A stretch of DNA of 34,634 nt, from assembly GCA_005222965.1 (NCBI GenBank), contig NJBG01000001.1, forward strand, positions 861,533 to 896,166, written 5' to 3'. Shown here piece after piece: positions 8,859-18,190 of the stretch. Made by a program: the position numbers and the translations under genes. The notes beneath the pieces were generated by a model. It was not told where the DNA came from. It did no database searches and worked only from the letters and a program-made list of their open reading frames with translations. Numbering within the stretch: the first letter of the stretch is position 1; each line of letters begins with the position of its first letter. This DNA is from Candidatus Woesearchaeota archaeon B3_Woes (GTDB lineage Archaea; Nanobdellota; Nanobdellia; Woesearchaeales; B3-WOES).

Positions 8859-10226
8859 CTAGTTAATCTTCTTAACAACACCTTTATCAGCATCAACCTC
8901 TACTAAATCATTATCTTTTAAAACATTTGTAGCAACTTTTGTGCCTATCACACAAGGAATGTTATATTCTCTACTAACAATTGCAGCATGACTTGTAATA
9001 CCGCCTTCATCTGTAATAACTGCTGCTGATATTATCATCTTTGGTGTAAAGTTTGGAAAAGTATACTTAGCAACAAATATATCCCCTTTTTTTATCTTTT
9101 TCAAATGATCAGAATGAGTTATTATTTTTACCCTTCCTTTTACTTTTCCTTTACACGCAGTCATACCTTCTAATGTTGTAATATTCTTTAGTTCTCCTTG
9201 AAGTCTGTCAAGTGTTTTATTAATTTCCCTCATATCATACATCATATCAACCATTCCTTTTTGAAAATAATATAATGCCTTGTTTGCACCCCTCAATTTT
9301 AACTCTTTTTTATCAGGGAATTTTCCCTTTTCCAAAACCCCCTTGGTTTCTTTCATTGTCAGATTTGTTACATCTTTTAGTGTTAATCCTTTTTCTAATG
9401 TAGTTAAATACCTAAAAAAACCTTTTAGATGGAATGTTGCTCTTTTCCATACATCAATACGTTCTGTTTTCATAAAAGCATAAGTATGAACAATTTCTGT
9501 TTTTAATCTCAATTTTTTATCTTTAATAGATTTCAAAAACTCTGAAAATTCTTTTTTAACTTCTTTGAATCTCTTGAATTGCTCTTCAATCTCTTCTTTA
9601 CTTATATTCTTTCTTTGACGCTCAAAGTATTCTTCTGTATACTCCTTATCATAACCACTATATATCTTAAGCCAACCCCACTTCTTTACAAGCTCTTTTG
9701 GAGAAAGTCTATGCAAGGCTCTTTGCATATTAATAAAGTCAATTGGTTTATCAAGCGCCATTACTAATTCTATTTTATCAGGAAAATTTTTCAGAACATC
9801 TTTTTCAGTAAAATGAATAACGGCCCACGCACTCCAAATATATTCACTATAATCACAAGATTCATCAACATAATCTAAGTAGTTCTTAAGAATTATTTTT
9901 TTATTATTTGTTTTTGTTGATTTAGATAATTTAATTGCTTTTTGAATTAATCTTTTTTTCCTTTTATCATAACTTAAAAAGTGTTTTTTCCAGTTCTTTT
10001 CCATATATCTTGCAAGTCTGGAAAGAGTCTCAAGTGATGATTTTTCCTCAATATAATAATCATAGATATTCTTATTTGGCATATCTATAAATCCTTTACA
10101 ACCACGATTAACCAACCACCAAATCCATGGTTCATCTCTTGAAATACACGTTTCTCTAGCAGCAAATCTAAAATAAGGGCTTTTTATTGCAATTTTTTTA
10201 ACATTATTAATTTTATATGGTTTCAT
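8859..10226 (-). CDS. Phospho-His swivel-domain protein, paralog 3
   Basis: TDEGGITSHAAIVSREYNIPCVIGTK...LVEVDADKG. Confidence 0.9.
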   Translation of the reverse strand: MKPYKINNVKKIAIKSPYFRFAARETCISRDEPWIWWLVNRGCKGFIDMPNKNIYDYYIEEKSSLETLSRLARYMEKNWKKHFLSYDKRKKRLIQKAIKLSKSTKTNNKKIILKNYLDYVDESCDYSEYIWSAWAVIHFTEKDVLKNFPDKIELVMALDKPIDFINMQRALHRLSPKELVKKWGWLKIYSGYDKEYTEEYFERQRKNISKEEIEEQFKRFKEVKKEFSEFLKSIKDKKLRLKTEIVHTYAFMKTERIDVWKRATFHLKGFFRYLTTLEKGLTLKDVTNLTMKETKGVLEKGKFPDKKELKLRGANKALYYFQKGMVDMMYDMREINKTLDRLQGELKNITTLEGMTACKGKVKGRVKIITHSDHLKKIKKGDIFVAKYTFPNFTPKMIISAAVITDEGGITSHAAIVSREYNIPCVIGTKVATNVLKDNDLVEVDADKGVVKKIN

Positions 10227-11680
10227 ATTTTCCTAACAACCCCTTTGTTTGCATCAACTTCTACCAAATCACCATCTTTAAAAACCTTGGTAGCTATCTT
10301 AGTACCAATTACACATGGCTTTTTCATTTCTCTGGAAACAACAGCCGCATGTGATGTAATACCTCCTTCATCTGTAACAATCGCACCACACTTACTCATA
10401 ACAATAACTAAATCAGGATTAGTTTCTTTACAAACAAGAACATTTCCTTTATCAACATTATCAATTTCTCTAGCATCAAAAACAATTCTAACCTTTCCTT
10501 TCACTTTCCCAGGGTAAGCACACATTCCATTAACTTTATTATAATCTAAAATTTTTTCTTTAGAACATTCCATCTTAATGATTTTTTGTGCTTCTTCTCC
10601 TTCATATTGATTATAAGAATTATTTAAAACCAAAATAACAAAACTATCTTTTCTAACTTTACCATTTTCTATAAATAATTTCTTATTTTTAATTAAAGCT
10701 TCAGATATTTCAATAGGAGTATAAAATTTAAGTATGGATAATGGTAATCCGACACGCTTTCCAATCTCTTTTAAAAGAGGAAATGCTTCATAAAAAGCCA
10801 AACTAAATATATTTGCTCGATACAATCGAACAAAAGCAGTTGCTCCAAGCAAATTAATAAGAATTTTAGTTTCTTCATCAAGTTGATTCATAAGATGTCT
10901 TTTCTCTTTTTCTCTTATTTTATGACATTCCTCTAATTCTTCTTTACGCTTGCGATAATCATAAAAATCCTTTAAATAACTTCTAAAAAGATTTAGAAAA
11001 AAATCAATATTCCAGACTTCTTTCTCAAAATTAAGAGGGATCCAGCAATATTTTTTAACATGCTTTTGTATTTTATTATGAATTTCAGGGAATTTTTTTA
11101 ACTCATCTTTAACCACCTTAACATCATTCAAAAAGAGATTCTTATATTTCAATTCAATCTCTTCAATAATCTCTAAGCGTTCTAATTCTTCTTTTGCTTC
11201 TAAACTCAATTCATCAGGAGAAGTTAAAATACCTAAATGTTGCGTATCCGTCAATTTTAGGAGTACGCTCTTCTGAATTTCTTCAAGAGGCATAATAATA
11301 GTCTCTCCTAACCGCGAATACTCTTTGCAAAACTGTTTAAACAAATCATTAATCTCCTGGTTTGTCAAATTATTATCGACTTTTTTTGAAATAGTCTTAA
11401 TATTATTAACAACATTATCACATATATTTTTACTTAGTTTTTTATATTGTTCAGCAAAATGTTTATCTTTAAGGCTTTTTCTTTTGACAACTTCACTAAA
11501 CTCATGTAGTTCAGAATATAAATAATGTATTCCTGTCTCACCTTTATCCCATGTCCAAAGCTGATTATGAACCCCTTTCCATTCTGGAAGTATAAAACTT
11601 GGTCCTTTCCGAATTCCTTCAATAACTAAATACTTAAGAAGAACATTGGCATCTCGTGTCAATAATCTTTTCCATTTCAT
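10223..11680 (-). CDS. Phospho-His swivel-domain protein, paralog 4 (start revised to 11680, 485 aa)
   Basis: TDEGGITSHAAVVSREMKKPCVIGTK. The ATG at 11680 (MKWKR) overlaps the TGA of the upstream remnant as ATGA, the same coupling used elsewhere in the array. Confidence 0.88.
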   Translation of the reverse strand: MKWKRLLTRDANVLLKYLVIEGIRKGPSFILPEWKGVHNQLWTWDKGETGIHYLYSELHEFSEVVKRKSLKDKHFAEQYKKLSKNICDNVVNNIKTISKKVDNNLTNQEINDLFKQFCKEYSRLGETIIMPLEEIQKSVLLKLTDTQHLGILTSPDELSLEAKEELERLEIIEEIELKYKNLFLNDVKVVKDELKKFPEIHNKIQKHVKKYCWIPLNFEKEVWNIDFFLNLFRSYLKDFYDYRKRKEELEECHKIREKEKRHLMNQLDEETKILINLLGATAFVRLYRANIFSLAFYEAFPLLKEIGKRVGLPLSILKFYTPIEISEALIKNKKLFIENGKVRKDSFVILVLNNSYNQYEGEEAQKIIKMECSKEKILDYNKVNGMCAYPGKVKGKVRIVFDAREIDNVDKGNVLVCKETNPDLVIVMSKCGAIVTDEGGITSHAAVVSREMKKPCVIGTKIATKVFKDGDLVEVDANKGVVRKI

Positions 11681-11729
11681 CTTATTTTTCTTACAACACC
11701 TTATTAGCATCTACTTCTACTAAATCATC
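11677..11729 (-). pseudogene. 3'-end remnant of a lost 13th swivel-domain paralog
   Basis: Reads GAT GAT TTA GTA GAA GTA GAT GCT AAT AAG (G)GT GTT GTA AGA AAA ATA AGA TGA = DDLVEVDANK-G-VVRKIR* with a 1-nt deletion. 11706-11727 is identical to 30487-30508 and 31911-31932. Confidence 0.85.
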
Positions 11730-12711
11730 ACGAGTTTACCTGCATTGCACAGCTTACAATCATATTTCTAACAGATTCCAAAGGCATTGTTCTTCCAAGT
11801 ATAACAACCGGCTTTACAAGACCTTTCAGAACTGTAAAATAAAAACTCATATCTGAAAACTGCCCTAAACCATGAGCAAAAATATTAGCAGCCATTAAAT
11901 TTGGAAATATTAATGTATTTGCTTCTCCTTTTAATGGAGAATCAGGACACTTACTTTTAGCAGCATCACTATTCATAGCAGCATCAACCTGTAATTCACC
12001 ATCTATAACTAAATCAGGCATTTCTTTTTTAACAATTTCAACTGCTTCTCTTATCGTTTCTAAAGCAGGACTATTTCCTCCACTACCTTTTGTTGAAAAA
12101 GACAACAAACCTACTTTAGGTTCTATACCAAACTCATTTACACAACTAACAGCGTTTAATGTTATTTGTGCCAAACCATCAGCATCTGGATCTATATTCA
12201 TGCTAAAATCACTACCAAAAATAACTCTATCATTTTTAACATCATTCATAATAGAAACTTCAGAAACAATTCTGCCTTTTTCTCTTAATATTTGCAAAGC
12301 AGGTCTCATAAGAGCAGCTGTAGATCTAATAGCAGAGCCAGCTACAGCATCTGCATGACCGCAATAGACATACATACACCCAAAATAATTCTCATCTTCA
12401 ATAAGTTTTTTAGCTTCATCTAATGTCATACCCTTATGTTTTCTAACCTCAACTAATTTTTCAGCTAATTCATCTTTTAATTCAGAATTCTTATAGTCAA
12501 CTACCTCTGCTTCACTAACATCAACACCAAATTCTTTTACCTTTTCCTCAATCTCTTTAGGATTTCCTAGTAAAACAATTTTAGCCAATTTATTTTTCAA
12601 AATATCTGCTGTTGATCTTAAACACCTTTCATCCCACCCTTCACAAATTAAAACCTTAGCAGGCTTTTTCTTTGCAACTTCTTCCATAATCCCTATTACA
12701 TCAACTTCCAT
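11728..12711 (-). CDS. Phosphate acetyl/butyryltransferase-fold protein (Pta-like, probably degenerate)
   Basis: EGWDER, LLSFSTKGSG, IDGELQVDAA, KCPDSPLKGEANTLIFPNL. The C-terminal catalytic motif is altered (ILGRTMPLES in place of DLSRGCSxxD). Confidence 0.85.
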   Translation of the reverse strand: MEVDVIGIMEEVAKKKPAKVLICEGWDERCLRSTADILKNKLAKIVLLGNPKEIEEKVKEFGVDVSEAEVVDYKNSELKDELAEKLVEVRKHKGMTLDEAKKLIEDENYFGCMYVYCGHADAVAGSAIRSTAALMRPALQILREKGRIVSEVSIMNDVKNDRVIFGSDFSMNIDPDADGLAQITLNAVSCVNEFGIEPKVGLLSFSTKGSGGNSPALETIREAVEIVKKEMPDLVIDGELQVDAAMNSDAAKSKCPDSPLKGEANTLIFPNLMAANIFAHGLGQFSDMSFYFTVLKGLVKPVVILGRTMPLESVRNMIVSCAMQVNS

Positions 12712-12723
12712 TTTAATCCCTCA

Positions 12724-14175
12724 TTATAATTTTTTTATTACCCCTTTATCAGCATCTACCTCTACTAAGTCACCATCCTTTAAAACTTTTGTGGCTATTT
12801 TAGTTCCAATTATACAAGGAATGTTTAATTCTCTTGAAACAATAGCAGCATGACAAGTTACTCCACCTTCATTTGTAACTACAGCTCCTGCTTTTTTCAT
12901 TAAGGAAGTATACTCTGGCCTAGTCATTGACGCAACTAATATATCACCTTTGTTAAACACCTTAACATTAGAAACATCAGGCACAACCCTAACAATCCCT
13001 TTAACTTTGCCTAAAGAAGCAGAAACACCAGGAATTTCTAAAACCTCTGATTTAACATCATCAACCTTATCTATAATATCATAAAATTTAAGAGCCTCAT
13101 CTCCACCAAAAACTTCATCATAACCAATATCAATTATATTAACACAACACTTTGTTCTTGATTTTAAACCAGAAACCTTTTTACCAGAAAGTATTTTATA
13201 AATTTCTTTTAAATTAGTATAACACAATTCTTCAAAACTATATCCTGTTTTTTTAGATATTACTTTAAGAAATTCAAGAACATAATAATCTCCCATCATA
13301 TTGCTCTTTTTTCTTAAATCCTGCAAAGTAGTTGCTTTATCAATAAGGTGCGCCAAAACTTTTTCTTCTTTTGTAAATTTTTTAGGAAGAATTTTATGTT
13401 TTTTCTCTAAGACTTTCTTCTCTTCCTCCAATACCTTAAGTTTGCTCTCAGGATTTTTAGATAAGTCCTCTTTTAATCTATCTAAAAAATAATCAACACC
13501 AAGTCTTATTCCATCTCTGTAATTATTTTTTAACCAATGATAATTATCAGCATGCTTTTTTAACTCTTCTTTGAAATCTTTTCCTTCTTTAGCCAATACT
13601 GCAATTTTAAGAAGATCTTTTTCCTCTTCTTTTACAAATGATATCTTTATTGGTGTAGAAATATCAATAAAATCCTTAATTCCTTTTTTACCATACTTTT
13701 TAATTATTTTAGGAATTACAAAATGCTCAGAATAAGTAGAAATATTATTAGCAGTTAAAGGAATCATCCATTCTTTGTGATATTTTTCAATAAATTCAAT
13801 ATATAATTCCTTAAGTTCAGTCAAAGATAATTTATCTAACTCTAAAGAATCGATTTTTTTACATATTTTATGATATTCTTTCTCATACCCTTTCCATTCA
13901 TCATACAAGCTATTATAATAACCAGGATTTTCTAATTCTTTTCTAAGAAATCTTTTTCCTAACTCAATCATTCTGTCTTCAGAAAAGATAATGGTTAAAT
14001 GCTTATTCTTTATCGCAAGACATGTTGTTAACCAGGATAAATCCATCTTATTTAATTCTTCTATTAGAGCTACTCCTGGAATATTGATGGTATGTAGAAC
14101 AGAAGGCATTCTTTCAACAATTAATGAATGTCCCTTAACTAACTTTTGAATCCTATCAATAGGCGAAATTGTCAT
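12724..14175 (-). CDS. Phospho-His swivel-domain protein, paralog 5
   Basis: MTRPEY...TNEGGVTCHAAIVSRELNIPCIIGTK. Confidence 0.9.
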   Translation of the reverse strand: MTISPIDRIQKLVKGHSLIVERMPSVLHTINIPGVALIEELNKMDLSWLTTCLAIKNKHLTIIFSEDRMIELGKRFLRKELENPGYYNSLYDEWKGYEKEYHKICKKIDSLELDKLSLTELKELYIEFIEKYHKEWMIPLTANNISTYSEHFVIPKIIKKYGKKGIKDFIDISTPIKISFVKEEEKDLLKIAVLAKEGKDFKEELKKHADNYHWLKNNYRDGIRLGVDYFLDRLKEDLSKNPESKLKVLEEEKKVLEKKHKILPKKFTKEEKVLAHLIDKATTLQDLRKKSNMMGDYYVLEFLKVISKKTGYSFEELCYTNLKEIYKILSGKKVSGLKSRTKCCVNIIDIGYDEVFGGDEALKFYDIIDKVDDVKSEVLEIPGVSASLGKVKGIVRVVPDVSNVKVFNKGDILVASMTRPEYTSLMKKAGAVVTNEGGVTCHAAIVSRELNIPCIIGTKIATKVLKDGDLVEVDADKGVIKKL

Positions 14176-14260
14176 CTTAGTCTACCATTAAAACTCTAAT
14201 AAGGTAATATTTCTTCCCTTATCTATAAATCTTTTTAATTTTTTCTTATATAATATAAAT
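14174..14260 (-). repeat. Diverged direct-repeat copy of the HAD gene 3' end (partner at 16378-16461)
   Basis: 14188-14259 translates on the minus strand to FILYKKKLKRFIDKGRNITLLEF*, versus FVLYKKKIKRFIDKKDITLLRF* at 16392-16460. ATCTTAGTCT is shared at 14174-14183 and 16378-16387. Confidence 0.85.
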
Positions 14261-14261
14261 A

Positions 14262-14269
14262 TTTATATA
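14262..14269 (+). promoter_or_regulatory. Putative TATA box for the acyltransferase/acyl-CoA ligase pair
   Basis: TTTATATA 22 nt upstream of the ATG at 14292, with no SD (leaderless spacing). Confidence 0.5.
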
Positions 14270-14291
14270 TAAGAACGCTAATATTTTTATT

Positions 14292-14825
14292 ATGAAAAAG
14301 AAGGAAGTAAAAAGTTTATTTAAAAATTTGCTTAATAGCAATGAAAAAATAATAAGTGTAAAATATGAAGGTAAAAAATCTGCAGCAAGCCAGTGGCATA
14401 GGCTAAAAAACGTATGGACTATGCTTTGGAGAGGTGGATCTGCAGAAATAATAAAAAAGCTTCCACCATGTAGATTTAAAAATTTCTTATATAGAAGAAT
14501 GGGCCTAAAGATAGGAAAAAATGTCTTAATATTCCCAAATATAGATCTAAGCCCTTCTTTAGGAGAATTAATTACATTAGAAGATAATGTTATTTTAGGT
14601 GTTGGATGTTCCCTTATTGTAGACGCATTAACACAAGATAAGATAACATTAGGTAAAGTTCATATAAAGAAAAACGCAGTTATTGGAGGAAAGTCTTTTG
14701 TTGGACTAGGAGTTACTGTAGGTGAAAATGCTATTGTTGCAAATTGTGCGTGTGTAACAAAAGATGTAGGGGATTATGAAGTGGTGGGGGGTGTGCCTGC
14801 AAAATTAATCAGAAAAAGAAAATAA
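14292..14825 (+). CDS. Hexapeptide-repeat (left-handed beta-helix) acyltransferase, YvoF-like
   Basis: KNFLYRRMGLKIGKNV, ITLEDNVILG, VTVGENAIV, VTKDV...VVGGVPAKLI. Confidence 0.85.
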   Translation: MKKKEVKSLFKNLLNSNEKIISVKYEGKKSAASQWHRLKNVWTMLWRGGSAEIIKKLPPCRFKNFLYRRMGLKIGKNVLIFPNIDLSPSLGELITLEDNVILGVGCSLIVDALTQDKITLGKVHIKKNAVIGGKSFVGLGVTVGENAIVANCACVTKDVGDYEVVGGVPAKLIRKRK

Positions 14826-14827
14826 AA

Positions 14828-16384
14828 ATGGAACACAAAACCCCCTGGAACAATATAGGAGATATGATAAAAGACCACGCAAAAAAATTTAAAGACAAAC
14901 CATACTTAATTTATTGCGAGGATAATTCAAAGATTTCTTTTGCTGAGTTTGATGAAATAACTAATAAAGTCGCAAATACTCTTCTTGACTTAGGTTTGAA
15001 AAAAGGAGAAAAAGTTTCAGCTATCTTACCAAACTCACTAGAACTTCTTTACGCAATGTTTGGAGCTTTTAAAATAGGGGCTGTTTTTAGTCCTATGAAT
15101 ATAAATCTATTAGCAGAAGAATATGAATATCTAATAAATGATTCTGGATCAAAAGTCGTGTTTGTTGATAGCAAAAACCTAATAAAAATTGAAAAGATAA
15201 GAAAAAACCTTAGTAGCTTAAAAGAAATAATCTCAATAGAAGAAAAAAATAGAACAAAAGGAATAAAATTATTTAAAGATGAAATTGAAAAATATTCATC
15301 TGAGTTAAAGTCTCAAAACATAACATTAAGTAGCGAAGCATTAATTATTTATTCATCTGGTACTACTGGCAAACCAAAAGGGGTTATTTTAACACATGAG
15401 AATCTGATTACATGTTCTATGAGTGTAGGAAGATTTCTTTCATTAAAAGAAAACACAATCTCTCTAGATTCTTTACCTCTATTTTTCATTGGAGGAATAA
15501 TGCCAACATTATTTACAACAACTTGTGTGGGTGGCACAGTTGTAATAAACAAAAAGTTTAGTAAAAGTCTCTTTTGGAAAAGAATTGAAGAATACAAGAT
15601 TAATTATACTTTATTGGTTCCTACCATGCTTTCTATTTTATTAAATCCACCTGAAGATATAAGCAAATATAACTTAAAATCATTAAAGTATATATTATCA
15701 TCAGCAGCACCATTGCCTGTAGAATTAATGAAAAAGTTTGAAAAAGAGTTTAATTTTAATATTTTTGAAGCATATGGTTTAACAGAAGATACAGCATGGG
15801 TAACAATGACCCCAATAGATCTGAAAAAAAGGAAACCAGGTTCAGTAGGAATTGCAATGGACATAAATGAAATAAAGATTGTTGATGATAATGATAAAGA
15901 AGTTCCTCTAAACTCAAAAGGAGAAGTTTTGGCAAAAGGGTCACAAATAATGAAATGTTACCATAATAAACCAGACCTAACAAAAGAAACGTTAAAAAAT
16001 GGTTGGCTTCATACAGGTGATATTGGTTATTTAGATAAAAACAATTACCTCTATATCATAGATAGGAAAAAAGATCTTATAATTAAAGGTGGAGAAAACA
16101 TTAGTCCTACTGAAATTGATGCAGTTTTATATAAACATCCAAATGTAGTAGATGCTGCTACAATAGGAATCCCTGATGAGATGTATGGAGAAGAGATTAA
16201 AGCTTTTGTAGTATTAAAGAAAGGAAAAAAAGCAACAGAAACAGAACTAATCGATTTCTGTCAAAAACATTTAGCTAAACATAAATGTCCAAAAAGCATA
16301 AGCTTTATAGATAAAATACCAAAAGGTCCTAGCGGAAAATTATTGAGAAGAGAATTAATAGAAAGGGATAAAGATAAATCTTAG
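14828..16384 (+). CDS. AMP-forming acyl-CoA ligase (long-chain-fatty-acid-CoA ligase family)
   Basis: YSSGTTGKPKG, AYGLTE, GWLHTGDIG, DRKKDLIIKGGENI, PKGPSGKLLR. Confidence 0.93.
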   Translation: MEHKTPWNNIGDMIKDHAKKFKDKPYLIYCEDNSKISFAEFDEITNKVANTLLDLGLKKGEKVSAILPNSLELLYAMFGAFKIGAVFSPMNINLLAEEYEYLINDSGSKVVFVDSKNLIKIEKIRKNLSSLKEIISIEEKNRTKGIKLFKDEIEKYSSELKSQNITLSSEALIIYSSGTTGKPKGVILTHENLITCSMSVGRFLSLKENTISLDSLPLFFIGGIMPTLFTTTCVGGTVVINKKFSKSLFWKRIEEYKINYTLLVPTMLSILLNPPEDISKYNLKSLKYILSSAAPLPVELMKKFEKEFNFNIFEAYGLTEDTAWVTMTPIDLKKRKPGSVGIAMDINEIKIVDDNDKEVPLNSKGEVLAKGSQIMKCYHNKPDLTKETLKNGWLHTGDIGYLDKNNYLYIIDRKKDLIIKGGENISPTEIDAVLYKHPNVVDAATIGIPDEMYGEEIKAFVVLKKGKKATETELIDFCQKHLAKHKCPKSISFIDKIPKGPSGKLLRRELIERDKDKS

Positions 16385-16391
16385 TCTTTTC

Positions 16392-17180
16392 TTAAAACCT
16401 TAATAAAGTTATATCCTTTTTATCTATAAATCTTTTTATTTTTTTCTTATATAATACAAATTTTAAATTTTCTAATTTTAACAAAGAAACATCATCATAA
16501 TCTTCTATAAACAATCCAACACTTTTTGGCTTAAACTTTTTAATAACTTCATCAGCAACTTTCTTTTTGTCTCTTCCATTCTTTACATTAAGCTCAAAAT
16601 CACTTATAATTCCATTATCAACAATGAATCTGTTTGACTTAACTAAGTTAATTCCCAAAATTTCTTTTACAGAATCACTATTAACAACAAAGTTTTGTGT
16701 TATTGCAACAACCTTCATCTTTGGATTTAATCTTTTCAAAGAATTATAAACACTTAAAACCTTTTTATTAATATTTTTCTCAATTACCTTTTTTGAAAGT
16801 TGATATTCTTCAGTTTTTATATGAAGAGAAACAACAGCACTAGCCCAAACCTTAATTATTTTTTCACAACAAATAATATTAAACAATCTATTATTGATTT
16901 TTCTTATAAAATTAAGAAAATGTAGATAAAAAGATATTTTAATAAGCTTAAAAAATTTCTTTGAATTACCTTTACTAAATCTAAATCTGAAAAAATTTAA
17001 AATTACGACTCTAAACACAATAAAAATAGAATTCCATGTAGTATACAACCTATTATCATTTAATCTTTTACCAAAAAAACCAGAAAGAGTTTCAAGAAAA
17101 ATCTTATTTCCTATAGCAACAGTACGATGATAAATAAATGTGTCATCAATATCAATGATAAGAAGATCTAATTTTTTCAT
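16392..17180 (-). CDS. HAD-superfamily hydrolase-like protein
   Basis: Motif I IIDIDDTF, motif II VVAITQN, Lys in GRDKKK, acidic motif IV EDYDD. Hydrophobic/basic insert after motif I. Confidence 0.65.
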   Translation of the reverse strand: MKKLDLLIIDIDDTFIYHRTVAIGNKIFLETLSGFFGKRLNDNRLYTTWNSIFIVFRVVILNFFRFRFSKGNSKKFFKLIKISFYLHFLNFIRKINNRLFNIICCEKIIKVWASAVVSLHIKTEEYQLSKKVIEKNINKKVLSVYNSLKRLNPKMKVVAITQNFVVNSDSVKEILGINLVKSNRFIVDNGIISDFELNVKNGRDKKKVADEVIKKFKPKSVGLFIEDYDDVSLLKLENLKFVLYKKKIKRFIDKKDITLLRF

Positions 17181-18190
17181 GCTGCATCTTTATAATATCT
17201 TGGTTGACCAGTTACCTCTTTTTTCAACACATTCTCTTTTCTTTTATATCTCCTATATCTTGGTTTGGATTGATTTTTAACCAAATCAACCAAAAGCTCA
17301 TTTATTCTAGGAGTTGCTCCACTCGTTCCAAAATGAGTTGAATCAGGACCTTCAACTACATAATGTTCTTCTGCATCTTTATCTGCAGCAATTTTTGGTG
17401 GAACCAATCCATCTTCTTTTCCAGAAATATTATAAGTAGAAATTTCTGGTTTTGTGCCTGATAGTTCTAAAGCCGTCCTTTGTCCCTTTTCATATCTTAT
17501 ATCTTCTTTACCTATCAAAGGCGCAAGAAGCCTCTGTCCTAAAGTTTGTGGTTTAAAACCAGTTGGAGTTGGTGCTATTGCATATGCTTTTTTAATTCCA
17601 TATTTTTTTATCCTTTTATCTCTTGCCATATATCTTACTCTATTCCCTCCACTACTATGTCCAATCATAATATCATTTCTATTTGGTATATCTTCCAATT
17701 TAGTATATCTATGAAGTTTCCTCATCTTTCTAAAACCCTTTTCAGCACCCTCTTTTTCTGATAAAAAATGATGCCCTTTGTGGAAAACAGGTCGATAACC
17801 CTCTTTTCTAAATTCTTTACCTAACTTATACATACTACCTCTAGTCATACCAAAACCAGGTGTAATATGAGCCATGGGCTCTTTGCTTCTTGGATTTTTC
17901 TTATAATGACTTTTTGTTTGACTATCTTGACGGTAAACAGAAAGATTGCCATAAGTATTAGCATGTATATTCCTTGCAATATTTTTAACATTTCTAACAC
18001 CAACCCTCATTCTTTTTCCTAATGGAGACCTTTCAGGCATAGCTCTTTTGTATGGTTCAGTTTCTGCTACTAATTGATCATATTCTCTCTGAACAATCTT
18101 ATGATCTCCTCTTTTAAGAGAATTATCTTTACCTTTTGTCGCTTTCCTAACCTTAGTCTCAAGACTTAGTAATACAATAAATCTAATCAT
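17177..18190 (-). CDS. Alpha/beta hydrolase (lipase/esterase-like), start uncertain
   Basis: Oxyanion-like TPGFG, nucleophile elbow IGHSSGG, Asp in EDGLVP, His in STHFG. The ATG at 18190 gives an 8-nt overlap with the upstream gene instead of 50 nt. Confidence 0.75.
   Translation of the reverse strand: MIRFIVLLSLETKVRKATKGKDNSLKRGDHKIVQREYDQLVAETEPYKRAMPERSPLGKRMRVGVRNVKNIARNIHANTYGNLSVYRQDSQTKSHYKKNPRSKEPMAHITPGFGMTRGSMYKLGKEFRKEGYRPVFHKGHHFLSEKEGAEKGFRKMRKLHRYTKLEDIPNRNDIMIGHSSGGNRVRYMARDKRIKKYGIKKAYAIAPTPTGFKPQTLGQRLLAPLIGKEDIRYEKGQRTALELSGTKPEISTYNISGKEDGLVPPKIAADKDAEEHYVVEGPDSTHFGTSGATPRINELLVDLVKNQSKPRYRRYKRKENVLKKEVTGQPRYYKDAA

Noticed and set aside
11681..11710. ORF-track N-terminal extension MLIRCCKKNK of paralog 4
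   Set aside because: It is an out-of-frame reading of the remnant paralog tail. The ATG at 11680 fits the array's ATGA pattern.
14253..14268. 16-bp palindrome ATATAAATATTTATAT as an operator
   Set aside because: Pure A/T sequence, adequately explained by back-to-back TATA-like elements at the repeat boundary.
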